Source of the DNA: a virus
Lineage: Duplodnaviria; Caudoviricetes
Reading direction: 5' to 3' (one strand)
Virus record (IMG/VR): IMGVR_UViG_3300027741_000060
Location: 1 to 63,771 of that record
Length of the DNA stretch: 63,771 nt
The notes beneath the pieces are model-generated. The model saw only the letters and a program-made list of their open reading frames with translations. It was not told the origin of the DNA and made no database searches. Shown here piece by piece: positions 46,104 to 55,867 of this stretch (its first letter is position 1; the number at the start of each line of letters is the position of its first letter). A program made the position numbers and the translations under genes.

Positions 46104-46664
46104 TCAGGTTCCTCTCACAGGTGGTTGATAGGCGTCATCGTTGCAGAGATCAAGATATCTGCAGCTGGTGCCAGGCTTGAGGTATCCCATTTCCTCCAGT
46201 TGCGGTGCAGTGAGCTTGTATTTGCCAATGCCTTGTTCGGTCATGACATCGGCGGCTTGATCAGCTGCACGAGCTGCTGCAGCCAACAAACCTTGAACCT
46301 GTGCCGGGGAAAGAGGACCTACAGATTGTGTCACTGTGGTTTGTGCCACATAGTCACTGGCAGTGATGGCATTTTGCACAGGCACATTATTCAATCGAGG
46401 CAGGGCAGTGATGGTGGCGCCACTGTTGATGGCCACTAGAGGAGTATCGCCTACACCGGCTGTGCCGCGATCCAGTCGACTTAGAGCAAATTTCACCACA
46501 TCGTAACCGGGAGCTGAGATAGCATCTCCTGGTCGCAGGCCTGCCAGCGCACCAGCTGCAAACTGCTGATCAGCAATGAACTGAGCCTGTGCCACAGTGG
46601 TACCATCTGGTGCATCCACATAGAACAACTGCCCGGTCACTGAGAGAAATGTAAACTTGGCCAT
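46104..46664 (-). CDS. Hypothetical baseplate-associated protein
   Basis: 186 aa; GIGKYKLTAPQLEEMGYLKPG motif; 1 nt from the gp5 stop. Confidence 0.6.
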   Translation of the reverse strand: MAKFTFLSVTGQLFYVDAPDGTTVAQAQFIADQQFAAGALAGLRPGDAISAPGYDVVKFALSRLDRGTAGVGDTPLVAINSGATITALPRLNNVPVQNAITASDYVAQTTVTQSVGPLSPAQVQGLLAAAARAADQAADVMTEQGIGKYKLTAPQLEEMGYLKPGTSCRYLDLCNDDAYQPPVRGT

Positions 46665-46665
46665 G

Positions 46666-48213
46666 TTATGCTACTGTGGGTCCAGCTGTGATAGTGACTC
46701 CGGGCGGCAGATCCGGAGTGTTGGGAGGAGTGGCAGGTTTTCCAGGTTCTAGTGCTACTGATACTGCTACTCCGGTGTTGTGATAGGGCCAGGGTTCGTG
46801 AGTGGGTGCACGAGTCACTGTGCTTTGTAGTCCTGTGGCTTCCACAGACCAGCCAATGGCAGAATCATACACAGCTTCGGGCATGAGGTTCAACTGCAAG
46901 GCATCGGGTGCTGTGACTGATTCTGTGGCAGCACCGTTGAGGTCGATGCCCCCTGCGGCCAAGCTCAAGGCTGACCCACTATTCCAGGATCCCGAGGTGC
47001 TGACTAATGCCAGGCTGCCGTCGGCACGAATACCCAGCTTGGCCTTGGAGGCCAGGGTCATGCTGTCCGTACTGGAAATATTCACACTTGCCTTGGACTC
47101 CATGGTGATGTTGCTGCCAGCATGCACTGAAAATTTACCACCGGCAAAGATGTTGACATCTTCGTCGGCATGCAGATTGATGGTGCCTTGTGTACGCACA
47201 TTCACCGAGTTGGTGGCATACACATCCACTGTGCCTTCTTGACCAAACTCCAACCAGGTTTGACCGTTGGCATGAATGATGTACAAAAAGTTCCCGTCAT
47301 CACTCATGGTGATCTGATGACCAGTGGCTGTTCTCAAGCGTACCAAGGAGTCATTGCCCGAGATGTCGCCGTCGTCCATGACCAAACTGTGGCCGCCAAA
47401 TCTGCCAATCACTTGCAGATCCTGTGGTCGAACTTTGCCACTTTTGAGATCTGCTTTCAGGCTCTTTTGTGTTTGTCCCCCGAGATATATGGGCTTGCCG
47501 GGTGTGCTGAATCCATAACAAGCACTGGGACTTTCTCTCTGACTGGTGCTGCCAATGGGTCCGCGTTGCGTGTCGCTCAAGGTGCCTTGTTGAAACATGG
47601 CCGCTGCTACCACACCATGCACTGGTCTAGTTTGATCAAAAAACTTGGGATTGTTGAATATTTCTTTGTTGTTGGGATTGATTTCAGTCACAGGCAAACT
47701 ATCGGCGCCATCAAACAAACTGGCCTGGGTGGCATTGTCAGTTTTGTACTTGGCACTGGCGCCCACTGCAGGAATCATGTGTGTGATGCCAGGTTCAGGT
47801 ATGCAACCCAAATAGTAACCTTGATTGGGATCACCAGCAGCAAAAAAGCACAGCACCTGTACCCCAAGATCTGGAGGAGTAAACCACATGCCATAGCTGT
47901 GCGGATTGCTCTGTAGAAATTTACCAGGACTGTTGACTGCACCCTTGGTGCCTGTCACCGGCGGCGTAGATCCATAAAATGGCGACAGATATCTCACTGT
48001 GCGCCAGAGACTTTTGTTGGTGTCCAGTACCGATTGTCCCTTGGGCACAGGACCACTAAATGTTTCAATGTACACCTGCAATCGGCCAGCACGAGTGGGG
48101 TCAACATTGTTGACCACTGTGCCCACAAACGGACCGGATTCGGCTGCCGCGCCGCCGCGATTTAGTTTGAAGTCCTTGGGTTGGCCACGACTGCGCTGAT
48201 CATTATCTGACAT
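46666..48213 (-). CDS. gp5: Baseplate central spike gp5/VgrG-like
   Basis: OB-fold VVNNVDPTRAGRLQV, YGMWFTPPD, GHSLVMDDG, RTATGHQITMSD, beta-helix repeats, PTHEPW C-terminus; no lysozyme domain seen. Confidence 0.85.
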   Translation of the reverse strand: MSDNDQRSRGQPKDFKLNRGGAAAESGPFVGTVVNNVDPTRAGRLQVYIETFSGPVPKGQSVLDTNKSLWRTVRYLSPFYGSTPPVTGTKGAVNSPGKFLQSNPHSYGMWFTPPDLGVQVLCFFAAGDPNQGYYLGCIPEPGITHMIPAVGASAKYKTDNATQASLFDGADSLPVTEINPNNKEIFNNPKFFDQTRPVHGVVAAAMFQQGTLSDTQRGPIGSTSQRESPSACYGFSTPGKPIYLGGQTQKSLKADLKSGKVRPQDLQVIGRFGGHSLVMDDGDISGNDSLVRLRTATGHQITMSDDGNFLYIIHANGQTWLEFGQEGTVDVYATNSVNVRTQGTINLHADEDVNIFAGGKFSVHAGSNITMESKASVNISSTDSMTLASKAKLGIRADGSLALVSTSGSWNSGSALSLAAGGIDLNGAATESVTAPDALQLNLMPEAVYDSAIGWSVEATGLQSTVTRAPTHEPWPYHNTGVAVSVALEPGKPATPPNTPDLPPGVTITAGPTVA

Positions 48214-48216
48214 TTT

Positions 48217-49896
48217 TTATCCTGGTTTTGAGTCTTTGCGCATCCATTGCGCAGGCAGTATTCTTCCTGCTACGGTATTGAATTTATCTGTCAATGGCGC
48301 CAGGGCTTGACCTATTGATGACAATACCGGTGGCGGGGTAAAATTTGCAGCACCAGCTGTGGCAGCGACACCGGCGGCAGTGGCAGTGGCAGCCACGGTG
48401 TTGTTCACAGCACCAGCGGGAGGGGCAAAATCCACATCGTCGTAGTTTATTTCACCGTTGTTGAAGGCCGGTGCTGCTTCGGCTTCGGCTCTGGTAATAG
48501 CTTCGCTTTCGGTCAACTGTGCTTCATAAGAATCAAGCACTGCTTGATCGTCTACACCTTCGCCACCAAAATTATCCGGTACTTCAGGAGCTTGTTTCAT
48601 CACAGTGGCCGAGGAAGTCTCGCCCAGGGCATTGTCGGGTGGCCGCCAACCAGCTGGTTGTGCTGATTTTGCACCTGGCCGTGCTTGATCCGAAGCCATT
48701 TGATCCTTGGCCGACGCTGGCAACAACAACAATTTGCCCTCCAGCGCCTGTTCAAATTTGCCCGCACGAAATGTGCTGATCACTTCCTTGGCAATGTAGG
48801 TGGCACTTTCTCTAGGCGGGCCACTTTTTAAAATAGTGGAATTGTTCATCAACCCAGTGGCAAGATCATAGTCGCTGGCGCGATTCCAGTTGATTCTAAA
48901 CAAGATTTGATAGGAATCAAAGTTGATGGTGCCATCTCGATTGAAGGGAGAAAATTCGGTGAAAGTTTCTGAAGTAACACCAAATGCAGCTTCGCCCTGT
49001 TGCATCCAGGCCGGATCACCAATGATACGCATTTTCACAGTGCCTTGATCTTTGGGGCTGTACAAATAGCTGGCCGCACTGGCACCAATTTCAAAAGCTC
49101 GACCAGCAGCACCTTGACTGCTTTCTTCGTTGGTACCGGTGTAGACCTGTGGTGTGACTTCGCGTGTGTCTACCAGTCGTTTGAGTTCAGGTGCCAGTTC
49201 AGGTTGGCTGAGATTTATATGATAGGCATAGTTGAACTCTTGTTCAAAGTCCAAGACCTGAGTGTTAAGGCCAGTGAACCAGTAGTCGTAGTTTTTGTGC
49301 ACACCTCGAAAGTTTCCCGCCGGAAAGTATTCACTCTGCATGCTGTTGATGCCATACGGAGTGACCACAAATTTCATGCGGTATGCATAGTCATTTCTTT
49401 TGTTGTCCACTTTCAGTGGTGTGGCAAACACTGAAATCTTGTACCAGGCCAGATTGCCCAGTGGTTTTTGTGGCCGAGGATCCTGACTTTCTTCATCAAT
49501 GAATACCCGAGCTTGATCACCAATATAGCTGCTGTTGCGCATGATCATGTCAATCACTTGCACAATCTGAGTTCCTGCGTTGATATTCCAGGTACGAGTT
49601 TTGGCATTGGCTGTTTGTGTGTCAGGATCTTTCTGCGCTGCAGCTGATTCACCATCCTGCATGGCTGTGGTGCTCCAGTCTTTTCGCATGTCAAAACTTT
49701 GTACTATGGTGGACTGTGCCAAGGTAGCTGGCACAAAAGCAATTTCGTAGATGTCAGCCACTTCTACCACACCAGTGCCTACCAACTGTTGTTGATAGGC
49801 ATTGAGCTCTGACATCAGGCCCTTGATGGCCGTGAGAGTGCTGGTTTGTTTGGCTGTGTTGACCTTGGGCGGTGCTGAAGGTGGAATGTTGGCCAT
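48217..49896 (-). CDS. Baseplate hub-like protein (C-terminal part, gp27/GPD-like)
   Basis: KNYDYWFTGLNTQVLDF, IIGDPAW, STFRAGKFEQAL; directly upstream of gp5. Confidence 0.6.
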   Translation of the reverse strand: MANIPPSAPPKVNTAKQTSTLTAIKGLMSELNAYQQQLVGTGVVEVADIYEIAFVPATLAQSTIVQSFDMRKDWSTTAMQDGESAAAQKDPDTQTANAKTRTWNINAGTQIVQVIDMIMRNSSYIGDQARVFIDEESQDPRPQKPLGNLAWYKISVFATPLKVDNKRNDYAYRMKFVVTPYGINSMQSEYFPAGNFRGVHKNYDYWFTGLNTQVLDFEQEFNYAYHINLSQPELAPELKRLVDTREVTPQVYTGTNEESSQGAAGRAFEIGASAASYLYSPKDQGTVKMRIIGDPAWMQQGEAAFGVTSETFTEFSPFNRDGTINFDSYQILFRINWNRASDYDLATGLMNNSTILKSGPPRESATYIAKEVISTFRAGKFEQALEGKLLLLPASAKDQMASDQARPGAKSAQPAGWRPPDNALGETSSATVMKQAPEVPDNFGGEGVDDQAVLDSYEAQLTESEAITRAEAEAAPAFNNGEINYDDVDFAPPAGAVNNTVAATATAAGVAATAGAANFTPPPVLSSIGQALAPLTDKFNTVAGRILPAQWMRKDSKPG

Positions 49897-49906
49897 GATT
49901 ATAATC

Positions 49907-51442
49907 TTATATTGGAAGAGCTGCTCCGTCGTCGTTGATCAGGTTAACATCAGTCCCTGCTGCAATAGCTGCCTGTTCTTTCATGGGCAAGTCTTTTACC
50001 AGAACCGGTGGAGGTGGTGGCGATGTAGGCGGAGTAGCAGTGGTTAGTCTACCAGTGTCCTCGGGTGCTGGTTCAGCTGTGGATACCCCGGTGCCTTCCA
50101 ACAAATCCAACACAGTGAGTCCAGCCAGTTCCATGGACGAATTGATGGTTCCGCGATTGGTACTCATGCCCACATCGTAGGGTATGCACACGGCTTCAAC
50201 TGAGTATTCCACCAGTCGATTGGCAATGCGAAACTTGATGTTTTTTATTTTGAAAGGAAAAAACTTTTCCACCACAGCAGATCGATCAGTGACCGAAGTG
50301 TTAGGGGCATGTGCTGCCACCAAGTTGCCTTGAGCATCATACCCGTAAAATCTAATCACCAAGCAAAATTGCGCCTGGCTATAGGGCAAGTTGACTTCGT
50401 TGTAGACTTCTTTTACTGCCTGGTAGAGATTTTCATACAAGGTGATGCCATTGGGTTCAGTCACTACAAATTTTATTTCAGTGCTGTTGTGTGCTGCCCG
50501 CGACCCTGACCCCAGCATTACACTTTTGATTTCCAGGTTGTCAAGATAATAGTCGTTGGGGAAGTAGGCATTTCTGCCCACTGAGCCAGGTGTGTTTCCG
50601 CTCACAGGAGCACCACCACTCTGCATCAGTAGCTGATCCCCGGCCAAATTAGGGCGTTGTGTTCTAGAATTCAGCACTTTTCCATAGGTTTCGGGCGCCA
50701 AGAGATACCAAGAAATGCTGTAGGTGTAACTGGCATACTGATCTAACACATTGGGCTTTGGTTTCACCGTGCCGGAAAATTTGTCTATAATCAGTTTGGT
50801 GGTGCTGCGAGTGCCCGACCCATCATCGCTGGTGGCACCCACACCAGGTTCACCACCGGCTGTGGGCGTTTTTCTATTGTCACTCGTTTGCTGAGCTGGC
50901 TGAGCTGGCTGAGCTGGTACACTTTGAGTTTGAGCCAGTGTTTTTGTAGGAGCGTCAGTGCCTGAATCTGCTGCGGGAGTACCACCTGCCAGCGTCGCTG
51001 CTTGATCTGCGGTTACCCTACCTGTGGCAGTTTCAGGTGGTGCAGGAGGATGTTGTGTGGCACCGTCCTCACTGGTGGCCACCGCAGCAGCCGCCGTTGA
51101 TGTTTGATTTTGTTTTGCATCAAACTCTTCTTTTTGTTTTGCTCCGTATAAATCTGATTCAAGAGTGCGAAGTTTGCTTTCGGCTTTGTCTAAATTTTCA
51201 TATGCTGGACTTGTTAAAAGTTGTTGCATCTTTGCATCTAGCTGATCTGCTTGCGCAAAAAGAGTTTTTGCTCCGGCTTGATCACCACCTCGGGCTTGTT
51301 TTCGAGCAGCAGACACTATTTCATCTTTTTGTGCCTCTAACGCCGCAAACTCTCGTTCGGCAGCACTTTTTGCAGCTTGTAACTGGCCCAAGTTGGCCTT
51401 AATTGCTGCTATTTCTTGTTCAATTTCTGCAACTGTTGCCAT
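49907..51442 (-). CDS. Baseplate hub-like protein (N-terminal part) with coiled-coil N-terminus
   Basis: PNVLDQYASYTYSISW, FVVTEPNGIT, IRFYGYD; N-terminal heptad-rich region. Confidence 0.6.
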   Translation of the reverse strand: MATVAEIEQEIAAIKANLGQLQAAKSAAEREFAALEAQKDEIVSAARKQARGGDQAGAKTLFAQADQLDAKMQQLLTSPAYENLDKAESKLRTLESDLYGAKQKEEFDAKQNQTSTAAAAVATSEDGATQHPPAPPETATGRVTADQAATLAGGTPAADSGTDAPTKTLAQTQSVPAQPAQPAQQTSDNRKTPTAGGEPGVGATSDDGSGTRSTTKLIIDKFSGTVKPKPNVLDQYASYTYSISWYLLAPETYGKVLNSRTQRPNLAGDQLLMQSGGAPVSGNTPGSVGRNAYFPNDYYLDNLEIKSVMLGSGSRAAHNSTEIKFVVTEPNGITLYENLYQAVKEVYNEVNLPYSQAQFCLVIRFYGYDAQGNLVAAHAPNTSVTDRSAVVEKFFPFKIKNIKFRIANRLVEYSVEAVCIPYDVGMSTNRGTINSSMELAGLTVLDLLEGTGVSTAEPAPEDTGRLTTATPPTSPPPPPVLVKDLPMKEQAAIAAGTDVNLINDDGAALPI

Positions 51443-51445
51443 GTT

Positions 51446-51745
51446 TTAGAACCCCAGTGTGGAACGCAGGGTAGTGATCTTGGGCAAGTAGATTCTCACG
51501 CCTGACCGAAAGTCCAAGGGCGGTGCTGTGAGTGTGTTGGGGTTGCGTTGATAAAACACCCACCACAGTTCAGCTGTGTCATAGAGGTCATGGGCCAACA
51601 AATCCGGACGATACTGATAGGTTTGATTGATCACAAACTGTTGATCGTCCGCAAGTTTGGGAATAGCACGATTGGTCATGACATCCAAGAAAAATTCACT
51701 GTACTCAGTGACATAATAAGGACTAGTAGAATTGTAAGTGGCCAT
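51446..51745 (-). CDS. gp53: Baseplate wedge gp53-like (LysM-like) protein
   Basis: YQYRPDLLAHDLY...LWWVF...N motif. Confidence 0.8.
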   Translation of the reverse strand: MATYNSTSPYYVTEYSEFFLDVMTNRAIPKLADDQQFVINQTYQYRPDLLAHDLYDTAELWWVFYQRNPNTLTAPPLDFRSGVRIYLPKITTLRSTLGF

Positions 51746-53703
51746 TACCAAAATCCTCCACTTTTGAGCAATTTACCGTTGGCAAAATCTCGAACACTGA
51801 ACTGCTGACTCACTTGAGCACGACTTTGAATTGGCAACAGCGTGATATTGATATCCAACTTGGTGGGCACATAAGTGGGGGTGCCTAGGCCAAAGTTTGG
51901 TGTGGGCGGGGTAGATGGCAAAGCACCTTTGGTAAGGCCAGCATTTTTTAAGTTATTTAGAGCCCCTCCTAGCAACGCACCAAAAGCACCCACGCTGCTG
52001 TTGCCACCGGTTTGTCGGGGTCTGAGATTTTGCATGTCGGTTTGATTCATGTTGCTGCTGCCAGCGCGAATATAGTCCACATCACTGGGCAAGTTGTAGT
52101 CAAAGCTGGAGACCACACAGGGATTCTCGTTGAATTGATATTGGCCCAAGCCCGACAGATATACCAAGGGCGGGGGTGCGCCTCGTTGGGGGTCTTGACC
52201 ATAAAACATCTTGGTCACTGATCGAAAAAAGTGTATCACTGCCAGGAGATAGTTGGCTTCAGCAGTGCTTTGAGCTGTAAAAGTACATTTCAAATTCACA
52301 GCCTCCACATAGCTGTTTTGATAAAAATAGCCGCGATAGTTGCTGTGAGTGAGATCAGATTGGCCGTAGTTGGCACGGTAGCCCATGGAGATCTGTGGTG
52401 TATAAGGAAAAATCACACCATCTGAATCTGCCAAGGGTGCAAGAATTTCTCCTGGTGGGCGGGCCTGGTAGAGATATTCAGCTCTGGGTGCCAATCTCAG
52501 GCGTACTCGCCAGTCGCCATTGTTTTGTGTTTTTCTCTGGCCAGCAATGGTTTGTTGAGCTGCTGCTTGATTGGCCTGGGCCTGAGTCAATGCATTGCTT
52601 TCTGCCTCTGACGCACCACCATAGGATCCGTACAGATCTTGTTGTTCTTGTTCGGCTTGTGCAGCCAGTATGGCCTGTTGTTGATCATACAGACCTGCAT
52701 CTTCTTCAGAAGGCACATCACGAGGATACACTTCCAAGTCTGACGCAGCAATTTCCGCCTGAGTTATGCGTTCGCGTTCTTCCACGCTCACAGCCCGATT
52801 GGGATACACTGCTAGATCTTCTGCGGCAATTTGTTCTGCTGTGGGCGGTGGAGCCGGTGCCGGCTCTACACCATAGGCCGCAACTTCGGCATCAGCAGTG
52901 GCTCGTCTGTATTCTGCTGTGGAGGGCACAGGATCAGCAGCAGGTGTTACACCGCCTGTGGCCGCAGCACTTGTGCCCAGTTGAACTTCGGTTTGTTGAT
53001 TTACCTTGGTGTCTGCACCGCCAGGAGATTGAACTGGTGTATCCACTGAAGAAGTTGCGGTGGTAACTGTGGTTGTGGTTGTGGTGGTGTTGGGAACTGT
53101 GACTGTTGTGACACCACCACCAGATTCAAGAGATTTCTGTTGATTTCGTAACTGAGACTCTTCATCAACCAGTTTGCTTTGTTGAGCTATCCGTGCTAGA
53201 TTTTCTTCAGGAGTCAGGGGTGGCAAACCTTGCCGCTTGCGTGCAAAATTGCTGGGATTATCCCGGTTAAATTGATCAAGTTCAGCCTGTTTGGCATCCA
53301 GAGCTGGTTGCAGTGCCTGACTGGCAGGCGTGGGCTGTGATGGGTTAACAATGCGTGTGGTACTGCCACCACCGCTCACAGTCTCGGTACTGGTGGTGGT
53401 ATAGGTCATTGGTGTTTTGTTGCTGGGCGGGTTTCGAGCCTCAACATCATAGTTGACCGATTGCAGACCTTGATCAAATCTAGCAGACTCTTTTAATTCA
53501 GCAGCAGTGGGTGCTTGATAATCAACACCAGCAACTTTTCCACTGCCCACAACCAGAGCACCCATTTGACCATTCATGCCTATAGCATAGTTGCCAAGAT
53601 CAGCATCACCAATTCCGGCTTGAGTCAAGGCCGCATCCTCGCTGACACCTTGCTGCTTGAGTTGGTTGAATAATGCTGCTTTTTTTGCGTCGTAGCCGGC
53701 CAT
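51745..53703 (-). CDS. Tail tube initiator/baseplate cap-like protein (gp48/gp54-like C-terminal domain) with long low-complexity N-terminus
   Basis: C-terminal DWRVRL, GVIFPYTP, HSNY, FFRSVTKM, PPPLVYLSG; start ATG 53703 after AGGAAA RBS. Confidence 0.6.
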   Translation of the reverse strand: MAGYDAKKAALFNQLKQQGVSEDAALTQAGIGDADLGNYAIGMNGQMGALVVGSGKVAGVDYQAPTAAELKESARFDQGLQSVNYDVEARNPPSNKTPMTYTTTSTETVSGGGSTTRIVNPSQPTPASQALQPALDAKQAELDQFNRDNPSNFARKRQGLPPLTPEENLARIAQQSKLVDEESQLRNQQKSLESGGGVTTVTVPNTTTTTTTVTTATSSVDTPVQSPGGADTKVNQQTEVQLGTSAAATGGVTPAADPVPSTAEYRRATADAEVAAYGVEPAPAPPPTAEQIAAEDLAVYPNRAVSVEERERITQAEIAASDLEVYPRDVPSEEDAGLYDQQQAILAAQAEQEQQDLYGSYGGASEAESNALTQAQANQAAAQQTIAGQRKTQNNGDWRVRLRLAPRAEYLYQARPPGEILAPLADSDGVIFPYTPQISMGYRANYGQSDLTHSNYRGYFYQNSYVEAVNLKCTFTAQSTAEANYLLAVIHFFRSVTKMFYGQDPQRGAPPPLVYLSGLGQYQFNENPCVVSSFDYNLPSDVDYIRAGSSNMNQTDMQNLRPRQTGGNSSVGAFGALLGGALNNLKNAGLTKGALPSTPPTPNFGLGTPTYVPTKLDINITLLPIQSRAQVSQQFSVRDFANGKLLKSGGFW

Positions 53704-53722
53704 GAGTTTGTTTCCTATATTG

Positions 53723-53728
53723 TATTTA
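53723..53728 (-). promoter_or_regulatory. T4-type late promoter motif TAAATA heading the baseplate operon
   Basis: GGTAAATA upstream of the RBS and ATG 53703. Confidence 0.6.
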
Positions 53729-53762
53729 CCCAGAAAATAAACTGTGCACATAATGAATCAGG

Positions 53763-53795
53763 TTGACAACGCCCGATCATGTGTTATACTAAATA
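53763..53795 (+). promoter_or_regulatory. Sigma70 promoter (TTGACA-16 nt-TATACT, extended -10 TG) with overlapping TAAATA
   Basis: TTGACA 53763-53768, TGtTATACT 53782-53790, TAAATA 53790-53795, RBS AGGAGA near 53803. Confidence 0.7.
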
Positions 53796-53815
53796 TCTAC
53801 CCAGGAGAACCATCA

Positions 53816-54718
53816 GTGTCAATATCCTCCACGCCCGCGGCACCTCGCGTGAATTATCTCAACAATCGAGACATACTCAAAGAAATACATCTCAGCAAAA
53901 ACACCTACTGCACCTACCTTGATCCTGACCGTGATCATCAGTATGACATCATCCTGCCAGATGTGAGCAAAATCAACATTCGCACCGTGGCCGAAGCACG
54001 CAGAAATCGTGCTGACCGTATCAAACGCGAAACCGGTGTTGAACAAGATCCCAAGAAAATTCCCAACACTGATCTAGTGTTTCGGGTCACTTGTTGGGAT
54101 CACATTCCCATGGCCGCCAAAAAAGTGCCCAAAAACAAACCCAAAAAGCGCAAGATCGAAGACATCTTGGATTTTGATGACACAGTAGATGATCCCTTGG
54201 CCGATCTCATGCTGGAGGAACCCATACTGGATCCCACTCACATGCGAGTGAACTTCCCGCCCTTTTGGCACTACCGAATTGATGACAATCGAGAGCCGTA
54301 TCTAGTAGGCAAGAGTCACTGGCGCGGCGACTTGGCCACAGGAGAGTTTTCCAAAGATCATGGAACCATGACACGCAAGCTGGCCACCATGTTCATGAAG
54401 CTGTGCGAACGCTATGCCACTAGATCAAACTGGCGTGGCTACAGCTACAACGAAGAAATGCGTGGTCAAGCTCTCTTGCAACTCAGCCAAATTGGTCTGC
54501 AGTTTGATGAAAGCAAGAGTCAAAATCCCTTTGCCTACTACACAGCAGCCATCACCAACTCGTTTACTAGGATCTTGAACCTGGAAAAGAAAAATCAAAA
54601 CATTCGAGATGACATCCTGGAAATGAATGGTCTAGATCCTAGCTGGAGTAGACAGAATTCTGGGCGTGCCAGCATGGCCCAACTGTCCGGACCGGTCGTA
54701 TCTAGCCTGGATGAGTAG
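53816..54718 (+). CDS. gp55: Late-transcription sigma factor gp55-like
   Basis: NYLNNRD, NWRGYSYNEEM, FDESKSQNPFAYYT; upstream of gp47/gp46 as in T4-like phages; GTG start after RBS. Confidence 0.85.
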   Translation: MSISSTPAAPRVNYLNNRDILKEIHLSKNTYCTYLDPDRDHQYDIILPDVSKINIRTVAEARRNRADRIKRETGVEQDPKKIPNTDLVFRVTCWDHIPMAAKKVPKNKPKKRKIEDILDFDDTVDDPLADLMLEEPILDPTHMRVNFPPFWHYRIDDNREPYLVGKSHWRGDLATGEFSKDHGTMTRKLATMFMKLCERYATRSNWRGYSYNEEMRGQALLQLSQIGLQFDESKSQNPFAYYTAAITNSFTRILNLEKKNQNIRDDILEMNGLDPSWSRQNSGRASMAQLSGPVVSSLDE

Positions 54719-54730
54719 TATACTAGGGAA

Positions 54731-55747
54731 ATGAGTAACCTATTTAAAAAAGCTGCAGTTTTCACGGACATCCATTTCGGTCTCAAGTCAAACAGCACTT
54801 TGCACAACGAAGACTGCCTAAATTTTGTGAAATGGGCTACTGCTAAAGCTCGTGCAGAAGGTTGTGAAACCTGTTTGTTTCTTGGCGACTGGCACAATTC
54901 TCGAGCCAGTATAAATATTGTCACGCTGAACTACAGCCTGCGAGCCTTGGAGCACTTAAATGACAACTTTGATCACGTGTATTTTATTCCTGGCAATCAC
55001 GATCTATACTATCGTGACAAGAGAGACATTCAGAGCGTGGAATGGGCGCGCCATCTCCCACGTGTCACTGTATGCAATGACTGGTTTGAGTGCGACGATG
55101 TTGTTATTGCTCCTTGGCTTGTGGGTGATGATCACAAAAGGATCCCTCGGCTGAAAGGTCGCTACATGTTCGGGCACTTTGAATTGCCCGGATATCTAAT
55201 GAATGCCATGGTGGCCATGCCGGATCATGGTGATATACAAAGAGAACACTTTGGCAACTTTGAGCATGTGTTTACCGGTCACTTTCACAAGCGACAAACA
55301 CAAAAGAACATCACCTACATTGGCAACTGCTTTCCGCACAACTATGCCGATGCCGGCGACGATGAACGCGGTATGATGATCTTGGAATGGGGGCAAGCAC
55401 CCAAATTCCATGCTTGGCCTGACCAACCCAGATATCGTGTGTTGGGCTTGGCCAATTTAATTGATCGTGCTCCTGAGTTGTTGGCTGCAAACATGCATGT
55501 GCGTGTGCAGCTGGACATTGAAATTTCATACGAAGAAGCCAACTTCATTCGAGAGACCTATGTGCGAGACTATGGGCTAAGAGAAATGAGCCTAATACCC
55601 AACAAGAACTCATCTGTGGACACCGACATGGCACCAGGCGAAATCCGCTTTGAATCGGTAGACCAGATTGTGACAGATCAGCTGACCAATATCGAATCAG
55701 AATTCTACGACAACCGACTTTTGTTGCAAATTTATCAGACCTTATAG
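54731..55747 (+). CDS. gp47: Recombination endonuclease subunit gp47 (Mre11/SbcD)
   Basis: Metallophosphoesterase motifs DIH, GD, GNHD, GH, GHFH. Confidence 0.9.
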   Translation: MSNLFKKAAVFTDIHFGLKSNSTLHNEDCLNFVKWATAKARAEGCETCLFLGDWHNSRASINIVTLNYSLRALEHLNDNFDHVYFIPGNHDLYYRDKRDIQSVEWARHLPRVTVCNDWFECDDVVIAPWLVGDDHKRIPRLKGRYMFGHFELPGYLMNAMVAMPDHGDIQREHFGNFEHVFTGHFHKRQTQKNITYIGNCFPHNYADAGDDERGMMILEWGQAPKFHAWPDQPRYRVLGLANLIDRAPELLAANMHVRVQLDIEISYEEANFIRETYVRDYGLREMSLIPNKNSSVDTDMAPGEIRFESVDQIVTDQLTNIESEFYDNRLLLQIYQTL

Positions 55748-55867
55748 TTTTTGATAATTACTGATCAAATTACAAAATTACTTTGGCTTCAAACCCAAAT
55801 TTGAATCTTGTAATCCACGTTTTACCAATTTTTGGTTGTTTTAAATTAACTTTAGAAAGTAAAACAC

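Noticed and set aside
26727-53066. Numerous plus-strand ORFs of 60-250 aa across the structural module
   Set aside because: They are antisense to well-supported structural genes and show no recognisable motifs.
51745-53703. Tape measure protein call
   Set aside because: It is too short and Pro/Thr-rich, and its C-terminal domain fits a tube-initiator/cap-like protein upstream of gp53.
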